64,000 nt of DNA, taken from NCBI GenBank assembly GCA_035270825.1, contig DATESL010000028.1, forward strand, positions 1,064 through 65,063, given 5' to 3'. Shown here one piece after another: positions 8,669 to 19,192 of the stretch. Position 1 is the stretch's first letter. The number at the start of each line of letters is the position of its first letter. Position numbers and translations under genes: made by a program. The DNA is from Candidatus Onthovivens sp. GTDB taxonomy: Bacteria > Bacillota_I > Bacilli_A > RFN20 > CAG-826. The notes below the pieces were generated by a model. That model did not search any database. It was not told where the DNA came from and worked only from the letters and a program-made list of their open reading frames with translations.

Positions 8669-10107
8669 TGAATATTGTAATGATTACCGGGGAATGTTTA
8701 CCTTTTTCTAAAACTGGTGGTTTAGGAGATGTTTGCTATTCTCTTTCTAAGGAATTTGTTAAAAATAAACACAATGTTTCAGTTTTTGTTCCGTTTTATA
8801 AAAAATTTGACTTTAATAAATATAAAGAAATTGAAAAAGTCTTTACCTTCCCAGTCAATATGGGATGGAGAAAACCTTTTGCTAATATTTTTAAATTAAA
8901 ATATGATGGAATTGATTTTTATTTTATTCAAAATGATTATTATTTTTCTCGTAATGGGATGTATGGATATCCTGATGATGGTGAAAGATATGCATTTTTT
9001 AATGTTGCTTCAGTTACTCTTTTATCGCTTTTAGATTTCAAAGTTGATGTTTGTCACGTTCATGACTGGCAAGCTGGAATGATTCCATGTATTTTAAAAG
9101 AAAACTTTGCCTCTGATCCAAAACTTAATAAAATTAAAACAGTTTTAACTATTCATAATCCTTTATTTAAGGGTTATATTAATCGCGAGTCATTAAGCGA
9201 TTTATTAAATTTAAATACTTATTTATTTGATTCAGGAAAAGTTCGTTTTGAAAATCAAGTCTCTTTCCTTAAAGCCGGAATCGTTTATAGTGATAAAATT
9301 ACAACCGTTTCACCAACACATGCCTGGGAATTAACAACAAAAGAAGGCTCAAAAGGGTTATGGTATGATTTAACTTTGCGTAAGGAAGATTTTGTTGGGA
9401 TCTTAAATGGAATGGATCAAGATGAATTCAATCCTCAAACTGATAAGACAATATATAAAACATATAATGAGGAAGATTTTTCAGTTAATAAATTAAAAAA
9501 CAAAACTGCTTTTTGTAAAGAACACAATTTAGATCCTAAATTACCTCTTTATTCAGTTGTTTCCCGTCTAACTTCACAAAAAGGATTAGATTTAATTTAT
9601 GCTATGGCTGAATATGTTGTCACTCATAATGGAAACTTTGCAATTTTAGGTAGTGGCGAAAGAGATGGAGAAGAATCATTTAATCACTTAGTAAGAACTT
9701 ATCCAAAAAATACTTTTGTTTATATTGGTTATAATGATGAAATTGCTCATAAATTATATGCTTCAAGTGATTTCTTTATTATGCCAAGTGCTTTTGAGCC
9801 ATGTGGTTTAGGGCAAATGATTGCTCAAAGATATGGAACATTACCGATTGTCCGTCAAACTGGTGGATTAAAAGATAGTGTTATTTGTTATAAAGAATCC
9901 GAGAAAAACCAAGCAAAAGCTAATGGATTTGGTTTTGAAGATTATAATAAGATGGTTGCTATGAAAGAAGTGGCTATTACTCTTGATCTTTATGAAAATA
10001 AGCCAGATCTTATTAATCAGCTTGTCGCAAATGCTTTTAAAACAGATAATAGTTGGGTCAAAAGTGCCAAGCAATATCTTAAACTTTACAAGTTGATTGA
10101 AAAATAA
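8668..10107 (+). CDS. glgA: Glycogen synthase (ADP-glucose type, GT5)
   Basis: N-terminal ECLPFSKTGGLGDV motif and C-terminal SAFEPCGLGQMIAQRYGTLPIVRQTGGLKDSV motif; start overlaps the glgD stop. Confidence 0.92.
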   Translation: MNIVMITGECLPFSKTGGLGDVCYSLSKEFVKNKHNVSVFVPFYKKFDFNKYKEIEKVFTFPVNMGWRKPFANIFKLKYDGIDFYFIQNDYYFSRNGMYGYPDDGERYAFFNVASVTLLSLLDFKVDVCHVHDWQAGMIPCILKENFASDPKLNKIKTVLTIHNPLFKGYINRESLSDLLNLNTYLFDSGKVRFENQVSFLKAGIVYSDKITTVSPTHAWELTTKEGSKGLWYDLTLRKEDFVGILNGMDQDEFNPQTDKTIYKTYNEEDFSVNKLKNKTAFCKEHNLDPKLPLYSVVSRLTSQKGLDLIYAMAEYVVTHNGNFAILGSGERDGEESFNHLVRTYPKNTFVYIGYNDEIAHKLYASSDFFIMPSAFEPCGLGQMIAQRYGTLPIVRQTGGLKDSVICYKESEKNQAKANGFGFEDYNKMVAMKEVAITLDLYENKPDLINQLVANAFKTDNSWVKSAKQYLKLYKLIEK

Positions 10108-10121
10108 TTCTTTGCTATAAT
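10093..10121 (+). promoter_or_regulatory. Candidate promoter of the leuS leader
   Basis: TTGATT (10093-10098), 17 nt spacer, TATAAT (10116-10121), partly inside the glgA 3' end. Confidence 0.45.
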
Positions 10122-10127
10122 ATTTTA

Positions 10128-10320
10128 AGTCTTAAAACGAATAATTTATTGTTAATAATTTATAGAGAGTTACCACTGGTGAAAGGTAATAATTACGAAA
10201 ATAAAATCTCACGTTTGATAAAAAGACGCAATTAAGAGTATCTTAAAAATTTTTAAGATAAATTAAGGTGGTACCGCGCAATTATAAGCGTCCTTAAAAG
10301 TTTAAGGACGCTTTTTATTT
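10128..10320 (+). promoter_or_regulatory. T-box riboswitch leader controlling leuS (candidate specifier CUC, Leu)
   Basis: Stem I AGAGAG and ctggtgaaagg elements; conserved T-box sequence aattaaggtggtaccgcg (10261-10278); terminator hairpin immediately after; CUC followed by A at 10208-10211 as candidate specifier. Confidence 0.8.
10288..10318 (+). terminator. T-box attenuator terminator
   Basis: gcgtcctta (10288-10296) / loop / taaggacgc (10302-10311), followed by tttttatttt. Confidence 0.75.
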
Positions 10321-10337
10321 TAAAAAAGGAGTAAATT

Positions 10338-12740
10338 ATGGCATTTAATCATTTAGAAATTGAAAAAAAATGGAAGAAAATTTGGGACGAGAGAAAAGAA
10401 TATGCTTGTGATACAAGCGATTTTAGTAAACCAAAATACTATGTTTTAGATATGTTCCCATATCCAAGTGCAACGGGATTACATGTTGGACATACCGAAG
10501 GTTATACGGCATCTGATATTGTTGCTCGTAGTAAAAGAATGCAAGGATTTAATGTTCTTCATCCAATCGGTTATGATGCTTTTGGCTTACCAGCAGAACA
10601 ATTTGCTATTAAAATGAATCAACATCCGGAGAATTTTACTTTAAAAAATATTGCTAATTACCGTGAGCAAATTAAAAATGTTGGTTTTAGTTATGATTTT
10701 GATCGTGAGATTATTACCTGTGATCCAAAATATTATAAATTTACACAAGAAATTTTCTTAAAATTCTTTGATAAAGATTTAGCTTTTGTAAGTTACAAAC
10801 CAGTTAATTTTTGTCCAGAACTTGGAACGGTTTTAGCAAATGAAGAAGTAATTAATGGTAAATCTGAAAGAGGTGGTTTTGATGTTATTCGTAAACCAAT
10901 GCGTCAATGGATGTTAAAAATTACTGAATATGCAGATCGTTTAGCAGAGGATTTATCACTTGTTAATTGGCCAAATTCAACAATTGAAATGCAAAGAAAC
11001 TGGATTGGAAAAAGTTATGGAACAGTTATTAACTTTTCAATTAAGGGAAGAGATGAAAAATTTGATGTTTTTACAACGCGCGCTGATACATTATTTGGTT
11101 GTTCATATTGCTGTTTGGCTCCCGAACATCCACTCGTTTTAAAAATTACTACAAAAGAACATTTAGAAGAGGTCGAGAAATATATCGATGAAGCAAATCG
11201 TAAATCAGATTTAGATCGTACGGAACTTAATAAAGATAAAACTGGCGTTTTCACGGGTGCTTTTGCTCTAAACCCTATTAATAATGAAGAAATCCCGATT
11301 TATGTTGCTGATTATGTTTTAGGAAGTTATGGATCAGGAGCAGTTATGGCTGTTCCAGCTCATGATAGCCGCGATTATCAATTTGCTAAAAAATATAATT
11401 TACCAATTAAAAAGATTATTGAATCTGATATAAGCGAAGATGCTTTTGTTGATGATGGAGTTCATACTAATAGTGATTTTATTAATGGTTTAATGATTAA
11501 AGAAGCTAAAGAAGAAGTTACTAAGAAATTAATTTCCATTAATAAGGGAGATTTTAAAGTTAACTATAAATTAAGAGATTGGTTATTTTCACGTCAAAGA
11601 TATTGGGGTGAACCAATTCCAATTTATTTATTTGAAGATGGTTCAATGCAAAGAGTTAAAGATGAATTTTTACCACTGGTTTTACCAGATTTAGATGAAT
11701 TTAAACCCAGTGGAACTGGTGAATCACCACTTGCAAATGCTAAAGAATGGCTGAATGTTGAAATTGATGGAAAAAAAGCCAAAAGAGAAACAAATACCAT
11801 GCCACAATGGTCTGGAAGTTGCTGGTATTATTTAAGATATATCGATCCAAAAAATGAAAATGAGATTGGTAAAAAAGAACTTTTAGATCACTGGTTACCA
11901 GTTGATTTATATATTGGCGGACAAGAACATGCTGTTTTACACTTATTATATGCCCGTTTCTGGCATAAATTCTTATATGACCAAGGAATTTTGAAGACCA
12001 AAGAACCTTTTGCTCGTTTATTCCACCAAGGAATGATTCTTGGAGAGGATGGAGATAAGATGTCTAAATCTAAGGGTAATGTTGTTAACCCTGATTCCTG
12101 TATTGAAATTTATGGTGCAGATGCATTAAGACTTTATGAAATGTTTATGGGCCCACTTGAGGCTTCACTTCCTTGGAATAATTCAGGATTAGAGGGTGCT
12201 CGTAGATTTATTGATCGTGTTTATCGTATTTATACTGAAGATACTTTAACTTCTAAAATTAGTGATACTAACGATCATTCTTTAGATTATATTTATAATT
12301 ATACTGTTAAAAAAATTACTGAAGATTTTGAAAATCTCAGTTTTAATACAGCTATTTCTCAAATGATGATCTTTATAAATGAAGTTTATAAAGCTAAATC
12401 AATTTATAAGCCTTATATTATTAATTTCCTTTCAATGTTTGCCTGTATTTGTCCATTTGTTAGTGAAGAGATCAACTCCTTATTAGGAAATAAAGATCTT
12501 TTAACTTATGTTAAATGGCCAAGTTATGATGAATCAAAGCTTGTTTTATCAACAATTTCTATTGCTGTCCAAGTTAATGGAAAATTAAGAGGAACAATAG
12601 AAATTGAAATTGATCTTGAAGAAGAGAAAGTCAAAGCTCAAGCTTTAGCAAATGAAAATGTTGCTAAATTTATTGAAAATAAAGAAATTAAAAAAGTAAT
12701 TTATGTTAAAGGGAAGATTGTTAATATAGTTGCTATTTAG
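10338..12740 (+). CDS. leuS: Leucine--tRNA ligase
   Basis: 800 aa; class I motifs HVGH ([16 protein letters not shown]) and KMSKS (DKMSKSKGN). Confidence 0.95.
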   Translation: MAFNHLEIEKKWKKIWDERKEYACDTSDFSKPKYYVLDMFPYPSATGLHVGHTEGYTASDIVARSKRMQGFNVLHPIGYDAFGLPAEQFAIKMNQHPENFTLKNIANYREQIKNVGFSYDFDREIITCDPKYYKFTQEIFLKFFDKDLAFVSYKPVNFCPELGTVLANEEVINGKSERGGFDVIRKPMRQWMLKITEYADRLAEDLSLVNWPNSTIEMQRNWIGKSYGTVINFSIKGRDEKFDVFTTRADTLFGCSYCCLAPEHPLVLKITTKEHLEEVEKYIDEANRKSDLDRTELNKDKTGVFTGAFALNPINNEEIPIYVADYVLGSYGSGAVMAVPAHDSRDYQFAKKYNLPIKKIIESDISEDAFVDDGVHTNSDFINGLMIKEAKEEVTKKLISINKGDFKVNYKLRDWLFSRQRYWGEPIPIYLFEDGSMQRVKDEFLPLVLPDLDEFKPSGTGESPLANAKEWLNVEIDGKKAKRETNTMPQWSGSCWYYLRYIDPKNENEIGKKELLDHWLPVDLYIGGQEHAVLHLLYARFWHKFLYDQGILKTKEPFARLFHQGMILGEDGDKMSKSKGNVVNPDSCIEIYGADALRLYEMFMGPLEASLPWNNSGLEGARRFIDRVYRIYTEDTLTSKISDTNDHSLDYIYNYTVKKITEDFENLSFNTAISQMMIFINEVYKAKSIYKPYIINFLSMFACICPFVSEEINSLLGNKDLLTYVKWPSYDESKLVLSTISIAVQVNGKLRGTIEIEIDLEEEKVKAQALANENVAKFIENKEIKKVIYVKGKIVNIVAI

Positions 12741-12813
12741 TTTCAAGAAAAATTGTTGTAAAATTAATCATCACGATATTTAGGAAACTAAAATTGTAGA
12801 TAGGAGAAAACAT

Positions 12814-13566
12814 ATGATACTTTGTATTGAAGTTGGCAATACTGCTATTAAATTAGGAGTATTTGAGGACGATGTTCTCAAAAAATATTTGTTAGCTAAG
12901 ACTGAAAAGAATAAAACGGCTGATGAATATCAAATGGTCTTTGAGTCTTTGCTTAAAGAATATCGGATTAGTGGGGCAATTATTTCAAGCGTTGTTCCGG
13001 AATTAACCAACATTATATACGAGGCGACTTATAAATATTGTGGTTTGAAACCAAAAATTTTAAATCGCGAATTAAAAACAAAACTACCAATTAAAATCGA
13101 TAATCCAACTGAACTTGGATCTGATTTTATTTGCACAGCAATTGGTGCACTTAAAGAATATAGCGCTCCTTTAATTATTGCAGATTTAGGAACAGCCACT
13201 AAATTATCAGTTATTGATAATAATGGCTCTTTTATTGGTGGAATTATTACTAGCGGAATGAATATTTCACTTGAGGCTCTTGTAGAAAAGACATCGCAAT
13301 TAATTAAAGTTGATAAAGTTGCACCAAAATCGATAATTGGAAAAAATACCAAGAATTGTATTCAAAGTGGAATTGTTTATGGACAGGCTTTTATGGTTAG
13401 TGAATTTGCTCGTCGTATTGAAAAGGAATTAGGTTATGAATTAAACCGTGTTCTAACAGGTGGATTTGCCAAAATTATTAAAGAAAGCATTGTCTGCTTT
13501 AATTATGAAGAAAAACTTTCAATTGAAGGTTTATATGAAATTTACAAAATCAACGAGGAGAATTAA
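12814..13566 (+). CDS. coaX: Type III pantothenate kinase
   Basis: 250 aa; MILCIEVGNTAIKLGVF N-terminus and ADLGTATK motif typical of CoaX. Confidence 0.85.
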   Translation: MILCIEVGNTAIKLGVFEDDVLKKYLLAKTEKNKTADEYQMVFESLLKEYRISGAIISSVVPELTNIIYEATYKYCGLKPKILNRELKTKLPIKIDNPTELGSDFICTAIGALKEYSAPLIIADLGTATKLSVIDNNGSFIGGIITSGMNISLEALVEKTSQLIKVDKVAPKSIIGKNTKNCIQSGIVYGQAFMVSEFARRIEKELGYELNRVLTGGFAKIIKESIVCFNYEEKLSIEGLYEIYKINEEN

Positions 13567-13568
13567 TT

Positions 13569-14201
13569 ATGAAAAACAAAAAACTTATAAAAAATATTAC
13601 AATTGATGCTATTTTCTTAGCCATATTTATTCTTTTTACTTTTGTACCTTATCTTGGTTTTTATCAAATTGGGATTATTTCTTTTACAATAATCCATGTT
13701 TTTGTTTTGATCGGAGCAATGGTCTTTGGTGTTAAAAAAGCAACTTTGTTTGGTTTCTTTTTTGGAATTCTTTCTCTTTTAAAAGCCATTATGTATCCTG
13801 GAACCTTAGATTTTCTTTTTATTAACCCTTTTATTAGTGTATTACCTCGAGTTCTTTTTGGATTTTTAAGTGGATTGCTTTTTGACTATTTAAGAAAAAT
13901 ACCTAATAAAAAGACATATTATGGATTATGCGTGGCAGGCGCTGCCTTGATGACTTTAGTTCATACTACGCTAACCTTGACATGTCTTTTTGTCTTTGGA
14001 ATTCTTGATGTCTTCCAAATGGCATCATTGCTTGGATTAGAAGCTTTAATCAACGAATTTAAAAATAGTCCAGAATATGCATTAGCCTTCTTTGGAGGAA
14101 TAATTAGTCCTGGAGCAGGAATCGAAATTGCTGTAGCGGCAATTACTGTCCCTTCAATTACTCTAGCCTTAGAAAAAGCAAATGTTAACAAAGATATTTA
14201 A
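13569..14201 (+). CDS. ECF transporter S-component; substrate possibly pantothenate (PanT-like) by context
   Basis: 210 aa with about 6 TM helices; S-component-like pattern (FTIIHVFVLIGAMVFGVKKATLFGFFFGILS; VLPRVLFGFLSGLLF); starts 2 nt after coaX. Confidence 0.55.
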   Translation: MKNKKLIKNITIDAIFLAIFILFTFVPYLGFYQIGIISFTIIHVFVLIGAMVFGVKKATLFGFFFGILSLLKAIMYPGTLDFLFINPFISVLPRVLFGFLSGLLFDYLRKIPNKKTYYGLCVAGAALMTLVHTTLTLTCLFVFGILDVFQMASLLGLEALINEFKNSPEYALAFFGGIISPGAGIEIAVAAITVPSITLALEKANVNKDI

Positions 14202-14274
14202 GTAATTTAAAGATAAAAATGTTTTTATATTGTATAATACTAAAAGTAATTTATTAAATTTTGAGGAGAAGAAT

Positions 14275-15645
14275 ATGGAATTGAATTTTAAAAAAATGGC
14301 TGAGAAATATTATGCAACAGCATTAAATACATTAACAAAAAATATTAAGATTGATAGCGTTTATGATGCAACAACTGTTTCAAAAGAAGCCCCTTATGGA
14401 AAAGGCGTTAAGAAGTGTTTTGATTTTATTAAACAACTTGCTATAAGTGATGGTTTTTTAGTTGATATGTGTGATGGCAGATGTATTGAAATTTCAACTG
14501 GTGCGGGAGCTCGTTTAGTTGGGGTTTTTGGTCATCAAGATGTTGTACCAATTTCTGGGAGTTGGAAATATCCACCTTTTTCGGCTGAAATTGAAGATAA
14601 TATTATGTATGGAAGAGGAACAAGTGATGATAAAGGACCAATTATTAGTGCCTATTATGCTTTAAAACTTTTAAAAGATCACGATTTAATTAATAACTAC
14701 CGTGTAAAACTTGTTATGGGCGGTGATGAAGAAAGAGGTTCGTCTTGCTTAGAATATTATTTTAAAACCTTAAAAAAGGAACAACCAACTTATGGTTTCA
14801 CGCCTGATGGAGACTTTCCATTAATTTATGGCGAAAAAGGAATTATGAATTATAAATATGAAGGTTCAATTCATTTTCCTGATATTATTTCAATTGAGGC
14901 TGGAGTTGTTGCAAATAGTGTTATTGATAAGGCTAAAGTTGTCGTTAAAGATCCTTTAAAATTAGATATCTATTTAAAAAATCATCCTGAAATAGAATAT
15001 AAAAAAATCAACGAAAATTCTTTTGTATTTTATGGTCAAGCTGCTCATGGTTCCACTCCTGAAAAAGGAGTTAATGCTGGCGTTATTGTTCTTGAAAGTA
15101 TTGGAAAAGCTTATGATATTTCATTTTTTAAGATTATTAGTGAAGAGTATAAGGATTATAATGGACGTAATTTAGAACAATTTTATGAATCAGAAAATTT
15201 AGGAAAAACAACTTATAATGTCGGATTAATTTCCTATGACGGAATTAAGTTTTCAATGACGGTTAATTTCAGATATCCAGAAACAGTTAATGGAGAAAAA
15301 GTAATTGAGGAAATTCAAAGAATATCTCCTCTTCCAATTTATATTTTATCTAAATCTGAATATTTATATTTTGATCCTGAAAACACCCCATTTATTAAAG
15401 CTTTATATGATGTTTATGTTGAAGAAACAGGTGACAGAGTTAATAAACCATTAACAATTGGTGGAGGAACTTATGCTAAAGAAGTTGAAAACACTGTTGC
15501 TTTTGGCTCATGCTTCCCATCAAGAAATGATCATATTCATGAAGCTAATGAAAAAATTCATTTAGAAGATTTTTATAACTCGATTGCAATTTATGCACAT
15601 GCTATTTATAAACTGGGAACTTTAGAAGATGAGAGTAACTTATAA
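14275..15645 (+). CDS. pepV: M20 family dipeptidase PepV-like
   Basis: GHQDVVP...WKYPPFSAEIEDNIMYGRGTSDDKGP metal-binding motifs. ATG 14275 is preceded by GAGGAG. The track start TTG 14230 lies inside a TGTATAAT -10 box. Confidence 0.85.
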   Translation: MELNFKKMAEKYYATALNTLTKNIKIDSVYDATTVSKEAPYGKGVKKCFDFIKQLAISDGFLVDMCDGRCIEISTGAGARLVGVFGHQDVVPISGSWKYPPFSAEIEDNIMYGRGTSDDKGPIISAYYALKLLKDHDLINNYRVKLVMGGDEERGSSCLEYYFKTLKKEQPTYGFTPDGDFPLIYGEKGIMNYKYEGSIHFPDIISIEAGVVANSVIDKAKVVVKDPLKLDIYLKNHPEIEYKKINENSFVFYGQAAHGSTPEKGVNAGVIVLESIGKAYDISFFKIISEEYKDYNGRNLEQFYESENLGKTTYNVGLISYDGIKFSMTVNFRYPETVNGEKVIEEIQRISPLPIYILSKSEYLYFDPENTPFIKALYDVYVEETGDRVNKPLTIGGGTYAKEVENTVAFGSCFPSRNDHIHEANEKIHLEDFYNSIAIYAHAIYKLGTLEDESNL

Positions 15646-16276
15646 AGCTTGGGCTGTTGAATATTTAAAGGAGTCTAATCTCAACCAACTCAAAATCGAA
15701 GAAGCAAACGAAGATATAAATAATTTTATCCGTGAAAAAGACACTTTTTTAGAAATTGGGCCAGGAAAAGGCAAGTTTATTATTTCTCTAGCAACCAAAT
15801 TTCCTGATTATAATTTTTTGGTGGTGGAATTAAACGCGACAATTTCAGGGATTGCTTTAAAAAAAATTGATGAATCTGGTCTAAAAAATATCAAAATAAT
15901 TTGTGGTGATTTTTATAAATTAGTTGATGTGATTGAACCTAATAGTTTACAAGGAATATTTCTAAATTTTTCTGATCCATGGCCAAAGAAAAGACATGCT
16001 AAAAGAAGATTAACAAGTCCTTTATTCTTAGAAAACTACATTAAAATTCTTAAAAATGATCACTATATTTACTTTAAAAGTGATAATGAGGGCTTATATC
16101 AATATACACTTGAAATATTTAATGAGTTTAAATTAAATATTATTGAAAATAATCCTGATTATAACGAACTTGCTAAATTAGATGCTCTTAGTGAGTATGA
16201 AGAAAAATTTAGAAATCAAGGAACGAAGATTAAAAGAATTGTTGTTAAAATTAAAGGAGATGAAACAAATGAATAA
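15629..16276 (+). CDS. trmB: tRNA (guanine46-N7)-methyltransferase
   Basis: 215 aa; LEIGPGKGKF SAM motif and FLNFSDPWPKKRHAKRRL motif; overlaps the pepV end by 17 nt. Confidence 0.88.
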   Translation: MRVTYKAWAVEYLKESNLNQLKIEEANEDINNFIREKDTFLEIGPGKGKFIISLATKFPDYNFLVVELNATISGIALKKIDESGLKNIKIICGDFYKLVDVIEPNSLQGIFLNFSDPWPKKRHAKRRLTSPLFLENYIKILKNDHYIYFKSDNEGLYQYTLEIFNEFKLNIIENNPDYNELAKLDALSEYEEKFRNQGTKIKRIVVKIKGDETNE

Positions 16277-16874
16277 ATACGGATTATATTACAATTATCA
16301 AACGATAAAAGACACCTTAATGATTATTTTTAAACCATTAGTTTTACCAACTAAAGTTGTTGAAAATGATAATGTAATTAGTTTATACAGGGAAGAAGAA
16401 CTTGTTGGAATTAATATTTTCAATGTTTCTGAATACATTAAAATCCATGCAAATGGTTTAATTCCTTTAATTAATGAAGAGATTTTAAAAGTAATTAATT
16501 CAGTTTTAGTTTCTCATGGATTAGAAGCCTTAGAATATCAAGCTGAATCTGGATTTAAAGTTGGGGAAATTATTGATATTGAAGAGCATCCTGAAAGTGA
16601 TCATCTTCATATTTGTATGGTTTCAATCAATGAGAAAGAGCCTTTACAAATTGTTTGTGGAGCTGCTAATGCTCGTGTTGGATTAAAATGTGTTGTCGCC
16701 ACAATTGGGACTTTTATGAGAACTGGAGAACAGATTCTTTTTTCAAAATTATTAGGGATTGAAAGTTATGGAATGCTTTGTAGCGGGAAAGAACTAGGAA
16801 TTGAAGGTTATGAGAATAAAAAAGGGCTTTTAGAGTTAGATGAAACCTATCAAATTGGGAAAGATTTTTATTAA
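16269..16874 (+). CDS. YtpR-like tRNA-binding domain protein
   Basis: 201 aa from ATG 16269; C-terminal OB-fold tRNA-binding pattern VGEIIDIEEHPESDHLHICMVSINEKEPLQIVCGAANARVG...GIESYGMLCSGKELG. Confidence 0.7.
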   Translation: MNKYGLYYNYQTIKDTLMIIFKPLVLPTKVVENDNVISLYREEELVGINIFNVSEYIKIHANGLIPLINEEILKVINSVLVSHGLEALEYQAESGFKVGEIIDIEEHPESDHLHICMVSINEKEPLQIVCGAANARVGLKCVVATIGTFMRTGEQILFSKLLGIESYGMLCSGKELGIEGYENKKGLLELDETYQIGKDFY

Positions 16875-16919
16875 TATATAAGATATATATGATAAGATTA
16901 TTATAATGAGGTTATTAAA

Positions 16920-17918
16920 ATGAAAGATTATCGAGAAAGAGTTACGATCTATGAAGTAGCAAGTGCGGCTGGTGTTAGTGTCGCCACTGTTTCTCGTGTT
17001 TTAAATAATGCTGGAACAGTTAAACCTGATACCAGCGCTAAAGTTTTAAAAATTATTAAAAAATTAGGATATCGACCAAGTGGAGTTGCTAGAAGTTTAG
17101 CAACTAATGTTACAACAAATATCGGGGTTATTATCCCTAATGCGAACTATGTTTATATTTCAGCTTTTCTTAACGGAATTGCTGAAGTTTCAAAGTCAAA
17201 GGGTTTTACCCTTCGACTTTATTCGACCTCACACAGTAAAGAAGATGCTCTAAAATCAATTGAAAAAATTATTGCTGATAATTTGGATGGAGCAATTGTT
17301 TTTGATGACGAGTTAGCGGATGAAGAATTAGATATTCTAAACGAATATAGTGTTCCAGTTATTGTTATTAATAATGATAAAATAGGAGCTAATATTGGTT
17401 GTGTTAACTTTGGTTATCAACACACTTTTAAAAATATTTTATTAGAATATTTTTCAAAGGGTGATAAGAAAATGAGTTTCTTACATGTTCATAATGCAGG
17501 GCGCTTATTAGCAAGAATTGAACAAACATTTATTAAAGTTCATATGGAAAATGGTAAGGATTATGAAATTATTAACTGTGATGATTCCTATACCAGAACA
17601 TATAATAACTTTATAGAAAGATTTAGACATGTTCGTGAAGATTATATTGTTTGTTATCGTGATTCAATTGCTGCTGCGGTTTTAAATGCTGCTACCGATA
17701 GTGGATTGAGAGTTCCTGAAGATGTGGAAGTTTTATCAATTATTGGAACGAAGTATTCAGAAATTATTCGCCCAACAATTTCTAATTTATATGTAAATAT
17801 GGCTGATGTTGGGAAGATTAGTATGTATATGTTGATTGATTTAATTAAGGGTGAGTTATATGAGAAGAAATATAAATTTGAATCTCGTTATATAAAAAGA
17901 AATTCGACAAGATTTTAG
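16920..17918 (+). CDS. LacI family transcriptional regulator
   Basis: N-terminal HTH VTIYEVASAAGVSVATVSRVLNN followed by a periplasmic-binding-protein-like sugar-binding fold. Confidence 0.85.
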   Translation: MKDYRERVTIYEVASAAGVSVATVSRVLNNAGTVKPDTSAKVLKIIKKLGYRPSGVARSLATNVTTNIGVIIPNANYVYISAFLNGIAEVSKSKGFTLRLYSTSHSKEDALKSIEKIIADNLDGAIVFDDELADEELDILNEYSVPVIVINNDKIGANIGCVNFGYQHTFKNILLEYFSKGDKKMSFLHVHNAGRLLARIEQTFIKVHMENGKDYEIINCDDSYTRTYNNFIERFRHVREDYIVCYRDSIAAAVLNAATDSGLRVPEDVEVLSIIGTKYSEIIRPTISNLYVNMADVGKISMYMLIDLIKGELYEKKYKFESRYIKRNSTRF

Positions 17919-17938
17919 TTTTAAAAAAGGATGGAAAA

Positions 17939-19192
17939 ATGGAAAATATTATTGATGAGTTGAAGTGGAGAGGTTTAATTAAAGACTTCTCAAATGAAGA
18001 AAAATTAAGAGAATTATTTGCTACCAAGCAAACTGTCTATTGTGGATTTGATCCTAGTGCAAGTTCAATGCATGTCGGTAATTTTGTAATGATTTCGATT
18101 TTGATGCGTATTCAAAATGCTGGTCATCGCGTGATTGCTCTGGCTGGCGGGGCAACTGGGATGATTGGGGATCCTTCTGGTAAATCAAAGGAAAGAAATC
18201 TTTTAACTCCAGAGAAAATTAAAGAAAATACACTAGGAATCAAAAATCAATTATCACATTTTATTGATTTGAATGATCCAGAAAAAGGGATTATGTTAGA
18301 TAACTATGATTGGTTATCCAAAATTTCTTTATTAGAATATTTAAGAGATTATGCTAAATACTTTAATATTAATTATATGTTAAGTAAGGATATTGTTTCC
18401 TCTCGTTTAGAGGCAGGAATTTCTTTAACAGAGTTTTCTTATATGACTTTACAATCAATTGATTTTTTAAATTTATATCGTAGTTTTGATTGTCATGTCC
18501 AAGTTGGCGGGAGTGATCAATGGGGTAATTTAACTGCAGGATTAGAATTAATCCGTAAAGTTGAGGGACCTGAAGCTCCAGCAGAATGTATGACTGCTCA
18601 TTTAATTACAAGAAGTGATGGGAAGAAATTTGGTAAAAGTGAAGATGGAGCCCTCTTTTTAGACGCTTCTTTAACTTCACCTTATAAGTTATATCAATTC
18701 TTTATTAATCAAAGTGATGAAGATAGCATTCGCTATTTAAAGGTTTTTACTTTCTTAAATAAGGAAGAAATTAGCGTTATTGAAAGAGAACATTTAGAAA
18801 AATTAGGTGCTCGTATTGCGCAAAAAGCTTTAGCTTTTGAAGTTACAAAAATAATTCATGGTGAAGAAGAAGCTCAAAACGTTATTAAAATGAGTGAAGC
18901 ATTATTTAGTGGTGATGTTTCAACTTTAAAAGAGAAAGATATTATCGAACTTTTTGGAACCTTAGCAGTTGAAGTTAAAGCCTCCTCTTTAGAAGATTTA
19001 TTAATTGAATTAAAAGCCGCTTCTTCAAAAAGAGAAGCTCGTGAGTTTATTAAAAATGGTGCTGTCATATTAAATGGAACCAAAATGAGTGATCAAGATG
19101 AAATTATTGATTCCTCAAAAGCTCTTTTTAGTAAATATTTAATTGTCCGTCGTGGAAAGAAAAACTATTATTTAGGCGTTTTCATAAAATGA
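17939..19192 (+). CDS. tyrS: Tyrosine--tRNA ligase
   Basis: 417 aa; HIGH-type motif (SSMHVGN), KFGKS (KMSKS-type) motif, C-terminal S4 domain; TGA stop overlaps the next ATG. Confidence 0.93.
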   Translation: MENIIDELKWRGLIKDFSNEEKLRELFATKQTVYCGFDPSASSMHVGNFVMISILMRIQNAGHRVIALAGGATGMIGDPSGKSKERNLLTPEKIKENTLGIKNQLSHFIDLNDPEKGIMLDNYDWLSKISLLEYLRDYAKYFNINYMLSKDIVSSRLEAGISLTEFSYMTLQSIDFLNLYRSFDCHVQVGGSDQWGNLTAGLELIRKVEGPEAPAECMTAHLITRSDGKKFGKSEDGALFLDASLTSPYKLYQFFINQSDEDSIRYLKVFTFLNKEEISVIEREHLEKLGARIAQKALAFEVTKIIHGEEEAQNVIKMSEALFSGDVSTLKEKDIIELFGTLAVEVKASSLEDLLIELKAASSKREAREFIKNGAVILNGTKMSDQDEIIDSSKALFSKYLIVRRGKKNYYLGVFIK

